From Rhizophagus irregularis (lineage: Eukaryota), in contig NC_089435.1 of NCBI RefSeq assembly GCF_026210795.1, forward strand, positions 1,364,001-1,428,000: DNA of 64,000 bases, in the 5' to 3' direction. The notes under the pieces were generated by a model, which was given only the letters and a program-made list of their open reading frames with translations, ran no database searches and was not told the origin of the DNA. The position numbers and the translations under genes were made by a program. This document shows positions 1-13,789 of the stretch, in pieces (position 1 is the stretch's first letter; every line of letters begins with the position of its first letter).

Positions 1-700
1 TTGTTCCACCACTTGACGGTAATATTTTTTAAACAACGATCTTGTAATCAGCTTGGTGCTGGTAGAAAACATTTCACGTTAAGATGGAGTTCCATTTATG
101 ATTCAACAAAAGATGATGTATTTTATTAAGAAATATTCACAAATATATTCGTAAAAATACTTTTATTGCTCTCGAGGTTGACTTGATCATTTTATAGCCC
201 GTTATAATCTTTCTATTTGTCAAAAAACAAAAATTGGACACATATAGATCTTTCTTTAAAAACAGAATTGTTGAAAAAAAGGTTTAAAATGCTAAAAACT
301 ATTTAGGTTGGTACTATTGGATGATTAAAATAGATTTATTTGTGTTTTAACAATTGCATCACCCGTTAAACCATTAAATTTTTGTCTTAATAAATATTTC
401 AAGAATAGAATGCGTTAAGAATGGCAGGATAGGATGGCTAGTAAAGAATATTCTTTTACAAAAGGTGGTAAATGGATTTTAGAAGTTTCTATAGAAATAG
501 TTTGCAATAGTTTTAGAAATGATCATCAATTAACATATGTCGAGCAAGCATCCCATTGGGTACGTTTCTTATGAAGAATTTGGGACAAATAAAATTATTT
601 TGCACAATAAAATAAATTCACTATGAACAATTATTAAGGAACTATTCTTTTCATCCAATCAAAAAAGCAAAGTTTTTATGATTCTACTTTTGAATTAATC

Positions 701-1035
701 AAGTTCAGGAATGCAAGTTCGATTTTTTTAATTAAAAAAAATTTTTTTTTTTTAACGGAAAAATGTCAGGTTTGACGTTTTTAATTAAAAAAAAGAATTT
801 TTTGATTTTTTTTCTAATAAAACAACATCGAGTTCGACGTCTTTTTCATTAAAAAATGTTTATTTTTTTATTCTTTTAGTGAAAAAACGTCATTAATTAA
901 AAAACATTTTATTTTATTTTTCATTTTTTTTAATTGAAAGACGCCGAGTTTGACATTTTTTAATCAAAAAAAAAAAACTATTTTTTATTTGTTTTTTAAT
1001 GAAAAAACGTCAGGTTCGACGTTTTTAATGAAAGG
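701..1035. repeat. Degenerate ~60-nt tandem array with palindromic core GAAAAAACGTCRGGTTCGACGTTTTT, probably the interior of a truncated DNA transposon (ACCC/GGGT-rich segment follows at 1035-1168)
   Basis: 5-6 copies at ~710, 758, 820, 881 (deleted), 936 and 1001, separated by A/T tracts. Confidence 0.55.
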
Positions 1036-1443
1036 GTCAATGGGTCAAATGGGTTAGATTAAAATTCACCCAACCCGTTATCAGATCAGTAAGTTTATTG
1101 GCCCAACACGAAATATTCAGGTCAACCAAACAGGTCACCCAAGTTGACCCGTCCCATTCGGGAACAGCTTCAATAAATAAATTTTATAATAATACTTTAG
1201 ATATTATAATTTAGTTACAAGAAATAACGATTATAATATCATTCTAAGGTAATAATATTAGTAATTTTGAAATATGATGGATTTGGATATTATACTTAAA
1301 TTTACTTAACAAATTGAAAAATGGTAATGTTCAATTCTTTTTTACTTTATTGTAAAAACTGTATGTAAAGTACACAATATAAATATTTTTTATATAATAA
1401 CTGATAAATAATTCAATAAATAAAAAATAAATAACAGAATTAT

Positions 1444-4400
1444 TTAATCAATAGGTTTGAAATCATCATCAATCTCCTGAAACACTTCTTGACTAAAAAT
1501 TTTAGAGCTTGTAGAACTTGTAGAATATGCTTGTTGTATAATAGAAGTATTTACTTTTTCTTGAGTTAAATTTGCTTCTTTTTGTGTTAAATTTGCTTCT
1601 GCTTGTGTTAAAGCTTTGTCTGCTTTAACAAATTCAAGCATATCATTTTTTAATTTCTTATCAATATTAGGTACTTCAAAGATACGATTTCCATCCCTAT
1701 TAAATATATAATAATCATTAATACATCCAATCCATTCAGATATAATATCTTCGAGCATTGTTATATCAGGTCTACTGGAAGGATCTGAATCCCAACATTT
1801 TTTCATTAAATCTATATAACATTGTGGAGTATTTTCATCAATTTTAGGACGATCCCCTTGACAAATTTTCGAGATAAGTTCATGATCATATGCTTCACCA
1901 TTAAATGGAGGAATACCTGATGTAAATTCCCACATTATCATTGAGAAACTATAAATATCACTTGCTGGTGTATATGGTTCGTATCTTAATATTTCAGGCG
2001 CCATAAAAGGTGCAACTCCCCAAGCTTCATTAACTTTATTGTCAGAATTTTGTAAATCACTATTTATAGGTTTGCATAATCCTAAATCAATTATAAATAT
2101 CTCATTGTAATCTTCTGACATTAAAATATTACCGTCATGAAAATCACCATGAGTTAAATTTGATTCATGGATTACTTTAAGTCCTAATATAATTTTTTTC
2201 AATAATTGTAATTTGTCTTGCCACTTAAATTTAATTATATCAGATAAACATTTTCTAAAACTTCCTTTTTTTGCATAACTCATTACTATAATATAATCTG
2301 AATTATTTGGATCTTTGGTAATTCCAAAGAATTGAACAAATTTTGAAAATGATTTTTTCTGACATTCATAATGATACTTCCACTATACAATTAATAATAT
2401 AAAAAAAATTATTAAAATATTGCAAAGGAAAATAGAATTTGCCATTAAATATAAATACTATACCTCATTCAGAAAATTACTATTTAAATTTGATGAATTA
2501 TTAAGCATTTTAAGAATAACCTCATGATTTGTTTGTCTATTCCACTGCTGTTTATCAAAATTCCAACTAAAGACAGGCCCATCTGACCAGATAGCTTTAT
2601 GAATTTCACTAAATCCTCCTTTATCATAATAATTAATGCTTGACAATTTATTATAAGGTATCCACTCCAAAAATTCATAACTGCTTTTAGCACTAAGTTG
2701 TGCTTCTTGAATAAATTTATCAATAAATTCATTTTTACTGGTCCACTTTGAAAAATCTTGTTGAAATCGTTTAGCATTACATTGTTGGCACCACTGGTAA
2801 TCAATACGTTGTTCACATTCATTGCATAATTCAACTTCATTTTTAAAATTTACTTTGTTACTTTCAGTTGCTTTTTGATGCCAATAAAAGGCTTTTTCTA
2901 AATTTTTTTCTATTGCTATTCCATTTTCATAATATATAGCTAATTTGAACATTGCAACTTCATGACCATTTTCTGCTGCTTTTTGATACCATTGAAAGGC
3001 TTTTTCTGGATTCTTTTCTGTTCCTACTCCATATTCATAATGTATGGCTAAATTAAACATTGCTTGTTTATTACCTTTTTCTGCTACTTTTTGACACCAA
3101 TAAAAGCCTTTTTCTGAATTATTTTCAGTTTCTACTTCATTTTCATGATAAAAGGCGGCTAAATTAAACATTGCTAATTCATTGTCACTTTCTGCCGCTT
3201 TTTGATACCAATGAAAGGCTTTTTCCAAATCCTTTTCTGTTCCTTCTCCATCTTCATAACACATGGCTAAATTATGCATTGAATCAGTTAAACCATTTTC
3301 TGCTGCTTTTTGATACCAATAAAAGCCTTTTTCTAAATCCTTTTCTATTCCTACTCCTTTTCTATAACATATGGCTAAATCATTCATTGCTTTTGTATTA
3401 CCATTTTCTGCTGCTTTTTGATACCAATAAAAGGCTTTTTCTAAATTCTTTTCTGTTCCTTCTCCATTTCTATATTTATTGGCTAAATAATGCATTGCTT
3501 CTTCATTATCAGTTTCTGCTGCTTTGTGACATAAATCAAAGGCCTTTTTTAAATCCTTTTTTGTTCCTTCTCCCTTTTCATAACATGTGGCTAAATTAAA
3601 CATTGCCTGTTTATGGCCTTTTTTTGCTGCTATTTGACACCAATAAAAGGATTTTTCTAAATCCCTTTCTATTCCTAATCCATTTTCATGATAATAGGTG
3701 GCTAAATTAAACATTGCATCCATATTACCATCTTCTTTTTCTGCTGATTTTTGATACCAATGAAAGGCTTCTTTTAAATTCTTTTCTATTCCTTTTCCAT
3801 TTTCATAACATATGGCTAAATTAAACATTGCATTCGCATTATTACCTTTTTCTGCTGCTTTTTGATACCAATGAAAAGCTTTTTCTAAACTCTTGTCTAT
3901 TCCTATTCCATTTTCATAGCATATGGCTAAATTAAACATTGCTTCTTCATTACCTTTTTCTGCTGCATTTTGAATCCAATTAAAGGATTTTTCTAAATCC
4001 CTTTCTGTTTCTACTCCATAATTATGATAATAGTCAACTAAATTAAGCATTGCTAATTCATTACCATTTTCAGCTGATTTTTGATACCAATAGAAGGCTT
4101 TTTCTAAATTCTTTTCTGTTCCATTTCCATTTTTATATGAATTGGCTAAATTAAACATTGCGTTTGCATGTCCATTTTCTGATGCTTTTTGATACCAATA
4201 AAAGGCCTTTTCTAAATTCTTTTCTGTTCCTTCTCCATTTTCGTAACATATGGCTAAACTATACATTGCTTCCTTAACACTATTTTCTGCTGCTTTTTGA
4301 TACCAATAAAAGGCTTCTTTTAAATTCTTTTGTGTTCCTTCTCCTTTTATATAACATGTGGCTAAATAATACATTGCTTCTTTAATATCATTTTCTGCTG

Positions 4401-5290
4401 CTTCTTGATACCACTCAAAGGCCTTTTTTAAATTCTTTCTTGTCCCTTCTCCATTTCCATAACATAAGGCTATGTAATACTTTGCTTCTTTAATACCTTT
4501 TTTTTCTGCTTTTTGATACCAAGTAAAGGATTCTTCTAAATTTCTATCTGTCCCTGCTCCATTTCTATAACACATGGCTAAATAAAACATTGCTTCTCTT
4601 ACACCATTATTTGCTGCTTTTTGACACCAATAAAAGGTTTTTTCTAAATTCCTTTCTATTCCAACTCCATTTCTATAACACATGGCTAAATAAAACATTG
4701 CTTCTTTTACATCATTTTCTGCTGCTTTTTGATACCAATAAAAGGTTTTTTCTAAATCCCTTTCTATTCCAACTCCATTTAAATAACACGTGGCTAAACT
4801 AAACATTGCTTCTTTAACACCATTTTCTGCTGCTTTTTGATACCAATAAAAAGCTTTTTTAAAATTCAATTCTGTTCCTTTTCCACCTCCATAGCATATA
4901 GCTAAAATAAACATTGCTTCTTTATCGCCATTTTCTGCTGCTTTTTGATACCAATAAAAGGCTTTTTCTAAATTCTTTTCTGTTCCTTCTCCATTTCTAT
5001 ATGTATTGGCTAAATAAAACATTGCTTCTTTATCATCATTTTCTGCTGCTTTTTGATACCAATAAAAGGCTTTTTCCAAATTATTTTCTGTTTTATCTCC
5101 ATTTCTATAACATATGGCTAAATTAAGCATTGCTTTAATATCACCATTTTTTGCTAATTTTTCAAAAGAATTAATACATTCTTTGCAATATAATTCTTCA
5201 GTAAAAGTTTTATTGCAATACACAATTTATGATGTTTACTGTATCAGTATCTTTATCTGAAATATTTAATTCACTAATTTTGGCTTCCAT
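1444..5290 (-). CDS. Sel1-repeat (~21 x 36 aa) plus tyrosine-kinase-like protein kinase; exons 5290..2464 and 2382..1444; frameshift near 5221
   Basis: Repeats of the form EKAFYWYQKAAENG..AMFNLA..Y..G.G; GT-AG intron 2463..2383 joins NEV/WKYHY as in the paralog at 20979; kinase motifs VILK, HGDFHDGN, DLG, APE. ATG at 5290 (MEAKISELNISDKDTDT) matches the paralog start but is out of frame with the long ORF. Confidence 0.9.
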
Positions 5291-7225
5291 TTGATTATTT
5301 ATTTTACTTGAAAAAAAAAAATTATTATTTTTTTTTTCAGACAAATTTTTTTTCAAACAAAATTTCTCTTAATATTTAATGAATAAAGTTATTAAAAGAG
5401 AATAATTTAACCAAAAGTAGACATGGGACTACGAAATAAAAAAAATAAAATGGTGAATATAAAAAAGTTTTTTAAAAGAAAAAGTACGGTGTACCGTTTG
5501 GATGAAAAGTGCCAAAATTTCGAAAAATTGATTTTTCGAATTTTTGAATTTTAAAATCTCCTTATAAGGAGATTCTCCTTATAAGGAAAATCTCCTTTTA
5601 TGGAAATGTAACGTTACACAAATGTCCAAATAAGGAAGTTTGTATTACCAAATTTCCTTTTTTGGACGTTTTGTGTAACGTAGATCTATCCTATAAAAGG
5701 AAAATTTCCTTATAAGGCGATTTTAAAAGTTCAAAATTTCAAAATTTCGAAATTTCAAAAAAAAATTACCATAAAAGGAAATTTTTTTTAAGATTTTTGA
5801 AATTTTGAAATTTCGAAATTTTGAATTTGAAAATCGCCTTTTAAGGAAATTTTCCTTTTATGTAAGGGATCTACGTCGCACAATATTTAATTTATAGTGC
5901 CAGCCAGAATTATAATCTCCTTATACAGAAATTTTGTTTAAAAATATTTTTTTAACAAATCTGGTGGCTAAACTATTTACCCGAATTCCGAAATCATGTG
6001 TTAATATTTATTTTTACCAAAAATTGGAGTAATCCTGGCCGGATTTAAGAAAAATATTAATGTAACGTTACACAAATTTCCAAAAAAGGAAATTTTGCTT
6101 CTCGCAAAAAATTGGAAATTTGGTTTCACAAATACTCCAAAAAAGGAAATTTACATGGCGATCACTTAATTCCGGCCAGCATTATAAATTTTTTATATTC
6201 TTTATTAATTAAAAAAATTTAATTTTTTTTAATAAACTTTTAATTTTTTTTTTAATGATCTATATATACTTTATTAATATTAAGTTCATATACCATATAA
6301 ACAAATTATCATAAGCTATATCCATCCAATAGAATGCAATCATCAAAATAATAAACTTTTAATAAACTTTAACTTTTTAATTTTTTTTAATAATAATAAT
6401 AATTATTATTATTATTAGCATTATATTAATTTTTTAATTATGCAAAATAATTATCAATTTTACCAATGGCTGGTATCTTCTAATATTTGTATTTGAATAA
6501 TACATATTTTTAATGAAGAAAAAGCAATATATGATAAAATTTATATTAATAAAATTTTTAATAATTTTTATTTTTTTTTTGTTTTTTTATCAAATTTTCA
6601 ATTATACAAAATAAATATTTATATTTAAGTGATGTATTAAATATGTTTTTAATGAAAAGAAAACAATATATAATGAATTTATTTAATATTCTTTTTAATA
6701 AATTTTTTTATAATTTTTATATTTTTATTTTTTAATTTTTCTTAAAAAACTTTTTAACTTTTAACTTTTCTTAATTTTTTTGTTTTCTTTTATCAAATTA
6801 TTTTCAATTATACAAAATAATTATCAATTTTACTAATGGCTAGCATTTTCCAATATCTGTATTTAAGCGATATATTAATGTTTTTAATGAAAAGAAAGCA
6901 ATATATGATAAAACTTATATAATATTCTTTTTAATAAATTTTTAATAATTTTTATGTTTTTTTTTAATAAACTTTTTTTATAAACTTTTTAATTTTTCTT
7001 AATAAACATTTTAATTTTTTTTAATAAGCTTTTTAATTTTTTTTAATTTTTTTTGTTAATTTTTTTATCAAATTTTCAATTATACAAAATAATTATTACT
7101 GATTTTATTAATAACTCAATATTTGTATTTAAGTGATATATTAAACATATTTTTAATGAAAAGAAAACAATATATAATAAACTTATTTAATATTCTTTTT
7201 AATAAAATTTTTTATAATTTTTATA

Positions 7226-8989
7226 GGAATATGTTTTTTTTTCACCTGCAATATGTCACATCTTCCTTTTTTTTATTTTATTTATTTATTTATTTTATTA
7301 CTAAAAGAGTGGCAAAACCCAGGCTATTACAAATAGAAGGAGAAAGAATTCGAAAAAACTTAAGACTAATATATGTGTATAGACCTTTATTTGTCATCCC
7401 CTACGGGACCTCACTCTTCGATCTGTACTATTTGATAAAGTAGGACTACGCTAATAAATCAAATGGGAACCATAAAAAAAACCATCTGAGAGACTAGCGG
7501 CTATCTAAAAAAAGAAAGTTAAAGGCAATCAAAATATAAAAATTAAGATCCGTATTTTCCTTTCAACCAAGGTTGCCACCTGTGAATACTGTAAGAGGTG
7601 GAATGTTTCACACTATTTTAAGTTGTGTTATACATATGATAACGAAAAAAGAACCGAAAATGTAGATTAAACTACTAGATAAATGTAAAAACTCCAAATA
7701 AAAGAGTACTAATATATATATATAATTAATTAAACTGTCTTAGAACTTGAAGGTCCTGGTACCAGGGAGTCATCGGTAGTATCTGGTGAAGGACGTAGTC
7801 TTTGCATGTTATAATCCTGAAATGAGAAATAATGATTCTCATTATTAATATTATCACGTTTGTTGGGCCGATATTCGACCTCTGCTGTATCATCTGATAC
7901 ATCAATATATTGAACGAGAAATTGAAGAAGGTTTTCGTTGTTGTATTCTTATTGTTGATTTTTTGTTCATATGATTTGATAAACGTGATTCTATCTAATA
8001 ATTTTTGGCGTATCATATTAAAATATTTTTTTTTGAATACGGCGTGGAAAAACTCGTTGGGCAGAAAAAAAATGCTGAAGCTGTTTGCTAATTTGAAATT
8101 TGGCGCTTGGTAGTGTACTTGTGGAATGATACTGAATAGGGGTAGTTGACATGAGATAGTCATTTGTGTGTATCCTTAAGTGAATTTGATTGGTGTCTAA
8201 ATTATGATCAACAATCTCAAAAAAGAAACTTTTTGAACGTCTGAATTCGTAAATCTTGTTGTAACCGGCTTTGTGTATTCTGGTCACGTGAAATTTTGTG
8301 AAAGAAATGAGAAAAGAATTATTTTCGCACGAAGGCGGTGAAAGGCATAAAGGAGTGTGGACATGTATAGTCGAGAATAAAGTATCCTGTAGTTGTATAT
8401 TTGTATCTAAAACATTATTTTCAGCAGGTCCGTCTTCAGCAATATTACTTCTGATATCGGAAATAGCGTCCAACTGTCTATAAGATTTCAGAGACTCGTA
8501 TGATACCGAGGAAAATCTATCTCAATAAAGTTTGAAGAAGTCATATCCCTAATATATGGGCATTAATAAGAACAAAAACCTTGTACTGTGACCGAAGCGC
8601 CCTACAGGGCCTCTTATCCCTTTGGGTGTTTCAAATAGAAACGAAAAAAAACCTTGCGCTAAATTACTGCGGAAAACTAACAAAATTAAAAAAGGGGGAA
8701 AGAGTTTTTTTTTTTTCATCTTCCTTTTTTTTGGTAATTTTTATATATTAATTATGTTGATCATTTTGATCACATGACTTTGTTAAGATTTTCCATTTTT
8801 TTAAAAAATCCTGGTGTGAAACCTTATGCACTTATTATGTACTATAAGAAACCTTATACTATATGTATTTTTGACCGCTCTGCAAGTTTTCTTAATATAT
8901 CAAAAGAGATTTAGATTGTCATTTTGACTTTTATATGTAATATATTATAGGAATGCGACATAACACAGGTATGATAAAAAATAAAACCC
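7226..8989. mobile_element. MULE-like MITE (~300 bp net) interrupted by a retroposon
   Basis: Interrupts a repeat unit; imperfect ~40-bp TIRs (GGAATATGTTTTTTTTTCACCTGCAATATGTCACAT vs reverse complement GGGTTTTATTTTTTATCATACCTGTGTTATGTCGCAT); 9-bp TSD ATTTTTATA/ATTTTTATT. Confidence 0.55.
7275..8716 (-). mobile_element. Internally deleted, frameshifted copy of the RT-less protein-coding retroposon family (see 14332..16836)
   Basis: 16-bp TSD CATCTTCCTTTTTTTT (7259-7274, 8717-8732); (AAAT)n/A tail at 7275-7300; 5' end AAAAACTCTTTCCCC shared with copy 1; ORF pieces 8018..8473 and 7726..8163 align to the 653-aa ORF (KFHVTR..AG.NKIYE.RRSKSFFFE; IQKKYFN.IR.KLLDR); a C-terminal piece SDDTAEVEYRPNKR matches SDDAKQLEIRPHKR. 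Confidence 0.88.
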
Positions 8990-9341
8990 ATTTTTATTTT
9001 TTTATTTTTTTATTTTTTAATTTTTCTTAAAAAACTTTTTTTTCTTTTAACTTTTCTTAATAAACTTTTTAATTTTTTTTGTTTTTTTTTGTCAAATTAT
9101 TTTCAATTATACAAAATGATTATCAATTTTACTAATGACTAGCATTTTCCAATATTTGTATTTAAACGATATATTAATATTTTTAATAGTAAGAAAGCAA
9201 TATATGATAAAACTTATATAATATTCTTTTTAAATAATTTTTATATTTTTTTTAATAAATTACAATAAACTTTTTTTATAAACTTTTTAATTTTTCTTAA
9301 TGAACATTTTAATTTTTTTTTTTTTATCAAATTTTCAATTA

Positions 9342-9497
9342 CAATCAACCCTTGTTATAACGAACCCTAGATTCCAGACCTCAACTTCACTATATAGTTA
9401 TAGTAAAGATTTTAAGAAATTTAATTGGTTAATTCATTATAACAAGGGGAAATTTATTATAGTTGTCTGAAAAATTCACTATATCAAGAGTTGACTG
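9342..9497. mobile_element. pogo/Tigger-like MITE (156 bp)
   Basis: TA|CAATCAACCCTTGTTATAACGAA ... TTCACTATATCAAGAGTTGACTG|TA; removal restores the host repeat CAATTATACAAA; TIR resembles the pogo at 52445. Confidence 0.8.
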
Positions 9498-12179
9498 TAT
9501 ACAAAATAATTATCAATTTTACTAATAGCTAGCATTTCCAATATCTGTATTTAAGCGATATATTAATGTTTTTAATGAAAAGAAAGCAATATATAATAAA
9601 ACTTATATAATATTTTTTTTAAATAATTTTTATATTTTTTTTAATAAATTATAATAAACTTTTTTTATAAACTTTTTAATTTTTCTTAATAAACATTTTA
9701 ATTTTTTTTTAATAAGCTTTTTAATTTTTTTAATAAACATTTTAATTTTTTTTTTTTTAACAAATTTTTAATTATACAAAATAATTATTAATTTTACTAA
9801 TGGCTTAATATTTGTATTTAAGTAATATATTAAATATGTTTTTAATAAAAAGAAAACAATATATACAATATATAATGAACTTATTTAATATTCTTTTTAA
9901 TAAATTTTTTTATAATTATTATATTTTATTTTTTAATTTTTCTTAAAAAACTTTTTAACTTTTTTCTTAATAAACTTTTTAATTTTTTTTTTTTTGTCAA
10001 ATTATTTTCAATTATACAAAATGATTTTCAATTTTACTAATGGCTAGCATTTTCCAATATCTGTATTTAAGCGATATATTAATATTTTTAATAAAGAAAA
10101 AGCAATATATGATAAAACTTATATAATATTCTTTTTAATAAATTTTTTAATAAATATTCTTTTTAATTAATATTCTTTTCTTTTTAATAAATTGTTTTAA
10201 TAAATATTCTTTTTTTTATAAATTAAAATTAATATAAATTTGAAAATCATAAAATAAGCATATCTTAATCTGTTTTATAAGTTTACTTAAAGAAAAAAAA
10301 TAGTTTTTAAATACTATTTTTAACTTTATATTTAAACGAAGATTTTGCTAATTATATCCAAAAATAGAAAAACAAGAAAATGGCATTTAAAACCTTATTT
10401 TGTATTTTAAGTAAACTTATAGAGCAGATTAAAATAGTACATTTAATATATTGTATATGTTTAAAAGATTGTATTATTTTATATATATGGTGAAAATTTT
10501 ATTTAGAAAAAAATTTTTTTTTGAAATTATATAATTTACTTCTACTTTAGACATTTTTCAAAAAGGAAAGTGTAATGCATTATATATGTAATGAATAAAT
10601 TTACTTATAATAAAATAATATAAAAAGGATATTAAAGGCAAATATTGGAGAGACTTATTGGAAAAAATATAAAAAATTTATTAAAAAAAAATTTTATTAA
10701 TTTGCATTTTAGGTAAAATTATCTAAAATAAAATTTAGCAGTTTAAACAATTGTTAAAATTTAGCCTACAACATTACCACTAGCTAATAATAAATAATAA
10801 CAGATTAATTATTGAAAATAAAAAATAGAAAGTATAATGTCTGTAATAAATAGCTTTTTTAGTATTATTACAAAATTTTTCTTATATAATCATAGCAAAA
10901 ATTTATCACCTTATATAATAAATACTTTAAATACTCTTCACATTTCCATTTTTATAAGTATTCTAAAAACAGAATTTTTTCAGTAATTAAAATCTATTTA
11001 TTATGATCTTATTTATCATATGGTTCATAATGTTAGCCAAAAAATCATGAAAAAAAAATTTTGTAGTAATACTACTAATAAATTAAATAAAAATTAAAGA
11101 ATATAAAAGAATATTAAAAAGAATATTAAAAAAATTATCACACTATAATTAAGCTATAATGCTGGCCGGAATTAAGTGATCGCCATATAAATTTCCTTTT
11201 TTGGAGTATTTGTGAAACCAATTTTCCAATTTTTGCGAGAAGTAAAATTTCCTTTTTTGGAAATTTGTGTAACGTTACATTAATAATTTTCTTAAATCCG
11301 CCCAGGATTATTCCAATTTTTGGTAGAAATTAAATATTTCCTTTTTTGAAAAATTGATCACAAGTAATTGTAAAATTAATAAAATCAATTATAATTCCGG
11401 CCAGAATTACAATCACATGATTTCGGAATCCGGGTAAATAGTTTAGCCACCAGATTTGTTAAAAAAATATTTTTAAACAAAATTTCCGTATAAGGAGATT
11501 ATAATTCTGGCTGGCACTATAAATTAAATATTGTGCAACGTAGATCCCTTACATAAAAGGAAAATTTCCTTAAAAGGCGATTTTCAAATTCAAAATTTCG
11601 AAATTTCAAAATTTCAAAAATCTTAAAAAAATTCCCTTTTATGGTAATTTTTTTTTGAAATTTCGAAATTTTGAAATTTTGAACTTTTAAAATCGCCTTA
11701 TAAGGAAATTTTCCTTTTATAGGATAGATCTACGTTACACAAAACGTCCAAAAAAGGAAATTTGGTAACACTAACTTCCTTATTTGGATATTTGTGTAAC
11801 GTTACATTGCCATAAAAGGAGATTTTCCTTATAAGGAGAATCTCCTTATAAGGAGATTTTGAAAATTCAAAAATCGAAAAATCAATTTTTCGAAATTTTG
11901 GCACTTTTCGTTCAAACGGTACACCGTAAAAAAAGCTCCGAGAAAAAATCAAATACGTTTTTTTTTTAAAAAAAAAAGGAGATAGCGGGTAGTTAAAAAA
12001 AATAAAACAATATATTTTTTAAAAAAGGGTAATGGGTGAGAAATAATAAGTTTAAAGAAAAATTTTTTTTTTTTAAGAATAAAAAAAAATTTTAAAGAAG
12101 TAAAAAGGGAAGGAGATGTGAGTGAATTTAATATTCACGGATGTCTATCGGGAAGATCAGGAATCGTTCGTCCATTCGA

Positions 12180-12243
12180 ATCATGAGACAATCATGAGAC
12201 AATGTCATGAGACTAAATCATGAGACAATCGTGAGACAATCAT
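12180..12243. repeat. Short tandem motif TCATGAGAC(AA) x5
   Basis: Directly visible. Confidence 0.7.
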
Positions 12244-12535
12244 ATACGCATAATCATATGATAGTAGTGAAATTATGTCTCACAGGTTCATTATTTGTCT
12301 AATAAGGATTTGGTTATTTGGTTTGATTATAGCTGATTTTTAGTTTACATACTCGGTTTAAATCAAAATTTATTTTTGAAAAAAGATTATTTTTTCATTA
12401 TTTTTATTAGTTATTGTGGTGAAAAAATTATTTCTTAAGATGGGATAATGCAATTATTTTTCTATGGTTAGTTTTAATAAAAAATATTGACACCATGATA
12501 ATAAATTTCTTTTATTGCCCGAAATGGCATTCAAT

Positions 12536-13789
12536 TAGTGTTTCGATTCGGGCAGAAACCGTCATCCGGATAAATTAAAAAAAATATCCGGTTTCTATCC
12601 GGATTATCCGACTCGGATAAAAATCTGGATATATCCGGGTAGAAACCGAAATCCGGATAAAATTATTTAAATTTTTTTTATTGTAGATCATTTTTAATAA
12701 ATAAAATTCGCGGCATTCATTTAATTTAATGTGGCATTTAATTAATTAAATTCGTGGCATTTATTTAATTAAATATATGGCATTTAATTAACTACTAAAT
12801 TCATGGCATTTATTAAATTTATGACAATTAAATTTCGTGGGATTGATATAAAAATTTATTTATAGCATTTATTTTTTTATTTATAAATTTAAGTACAGTT
12901 AGTTAATGTAGTCCTAAGCCCTAACCAAAATAAATAAATACTGTAATCATTTTCTTGGATTTTTTTGTAATTTCACTTGAAACATATTTTTGAATAGTGG
13001 AAAATAATTCATAAAATTATGGAAACAGTAACGTTCAAGATTATATTACTCTAAGTGAAAATGAAGAGTCCAGTGATGAAGTTACAGAAATTGCTCTAAT
13101 ACTAAAAAGAGGATGACCTAAAAAATTATCTAGGACACTTGGAAAATAAAGGATGATAAGTGCTAGTAAAATAAGTTAACTGTACTTGAATTAACAAGTC
13201 AAATATCAAATAATCCAAATCCCTTTAAACTAACTACTACAATGACTAAACCACAAACAAAAGTGAGTTGGGTATGGGAATATTTTGTTAGAAAACAAAG
13301 TGAAAATGGAGAAATACGTGCATATTGTCAGTTTATATCAGATAATGGAGAAAATGTACAAAAAGTTATAAATATGATGGATCTGTTGTTAAGCATGGAA
13401 TAACACCACCCACAGAACACATTATATCTGAAAACAAATCAATAATAAATGCCGCGAATTTAATATATTAAATTCAAATTATGTGACAAATCTTGTGACA
13501 TAACTTAAAATTTTTCCTTGTGGTTAACGAATAATTAAAACAATAAAAAAAAATATTTAAAGTAATCAAATTAAATCATATATAATATTTTAACTCATCT
13601 GAAAATATATGAAATGTTATGATTTAAATTTTTTTAAAATTTTTTTTTATTTTTTATCCGGATTCTGGGTCAATCCGACCATTTTTTATCCGGATATTTA
13701 TCCGGGTAAAAACCGTAATTATCCGGATACCTAAAAAAAAAAATTATCCGGGTTTATCCGGTTGAACCCGGCAACGGATCGAAACACTA
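12536..13789 (+). mobile_element. Non-autonomous hAT element with a BED zinc-finger remnant
   Basis: TIR TAGTGTTTCGAT(T/C)CG; perfect 8-bp TSD CATTCAAT; subterminal ATCCGG repeats; remnant KVSWVWEYF...AYCQF...KYDGS at ~13240-13390. Confidence 0.9.

Larger units (their letters stand above)
6430..10145. repeat. Internal AT-rich tandem repeat (~170-280-nt units) of the long-TIR element, interrupted by nested insertions
   Basis: Recurring ATTATACAAAATAATTATCAATTTTACTAATGGCTAGCATTTTCCAATATCTGTATTTAAGCGATATATT at ~6437, 6600, 6807, 7079, 9106, 9498, 9771, 10011. Confidence 0.8.
5487..11926. mobile_element. 6.4-kb non-autonomous DNA transposon with ~700-bp terminal inverted repeats and TA TSD (Tc1/mariner-type or foldback-like)
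   Basis: TA|CGGTGTACCGTTTG ... CAAACGGTACACCG|TA; 5487-~6185 is the near-identical reverse complement of ~11155-11926 (right arm has ~70 extra bp near 11335-11410); interior is AT-rich tandem repeats with no transposase. Confidence 0.9.

Noticed and set aside
701..1035. CRISPR-like spaced palindromes
   Set aside because: Repeats are degenerate, spacers are low-complexity A/T tracts, the context is eukaryotic and there are no cas genes
3171..5126. Plus-strand ORFs with repeated LLLFDTNKR (also 52220..52408 on the minus strand)
   Set aside because: Antisense shadows of the Sel1 repeats
11698..11952. 84-aa ORF
   Set aside because: Lies in a non-coding TIR and has no recognisable motif
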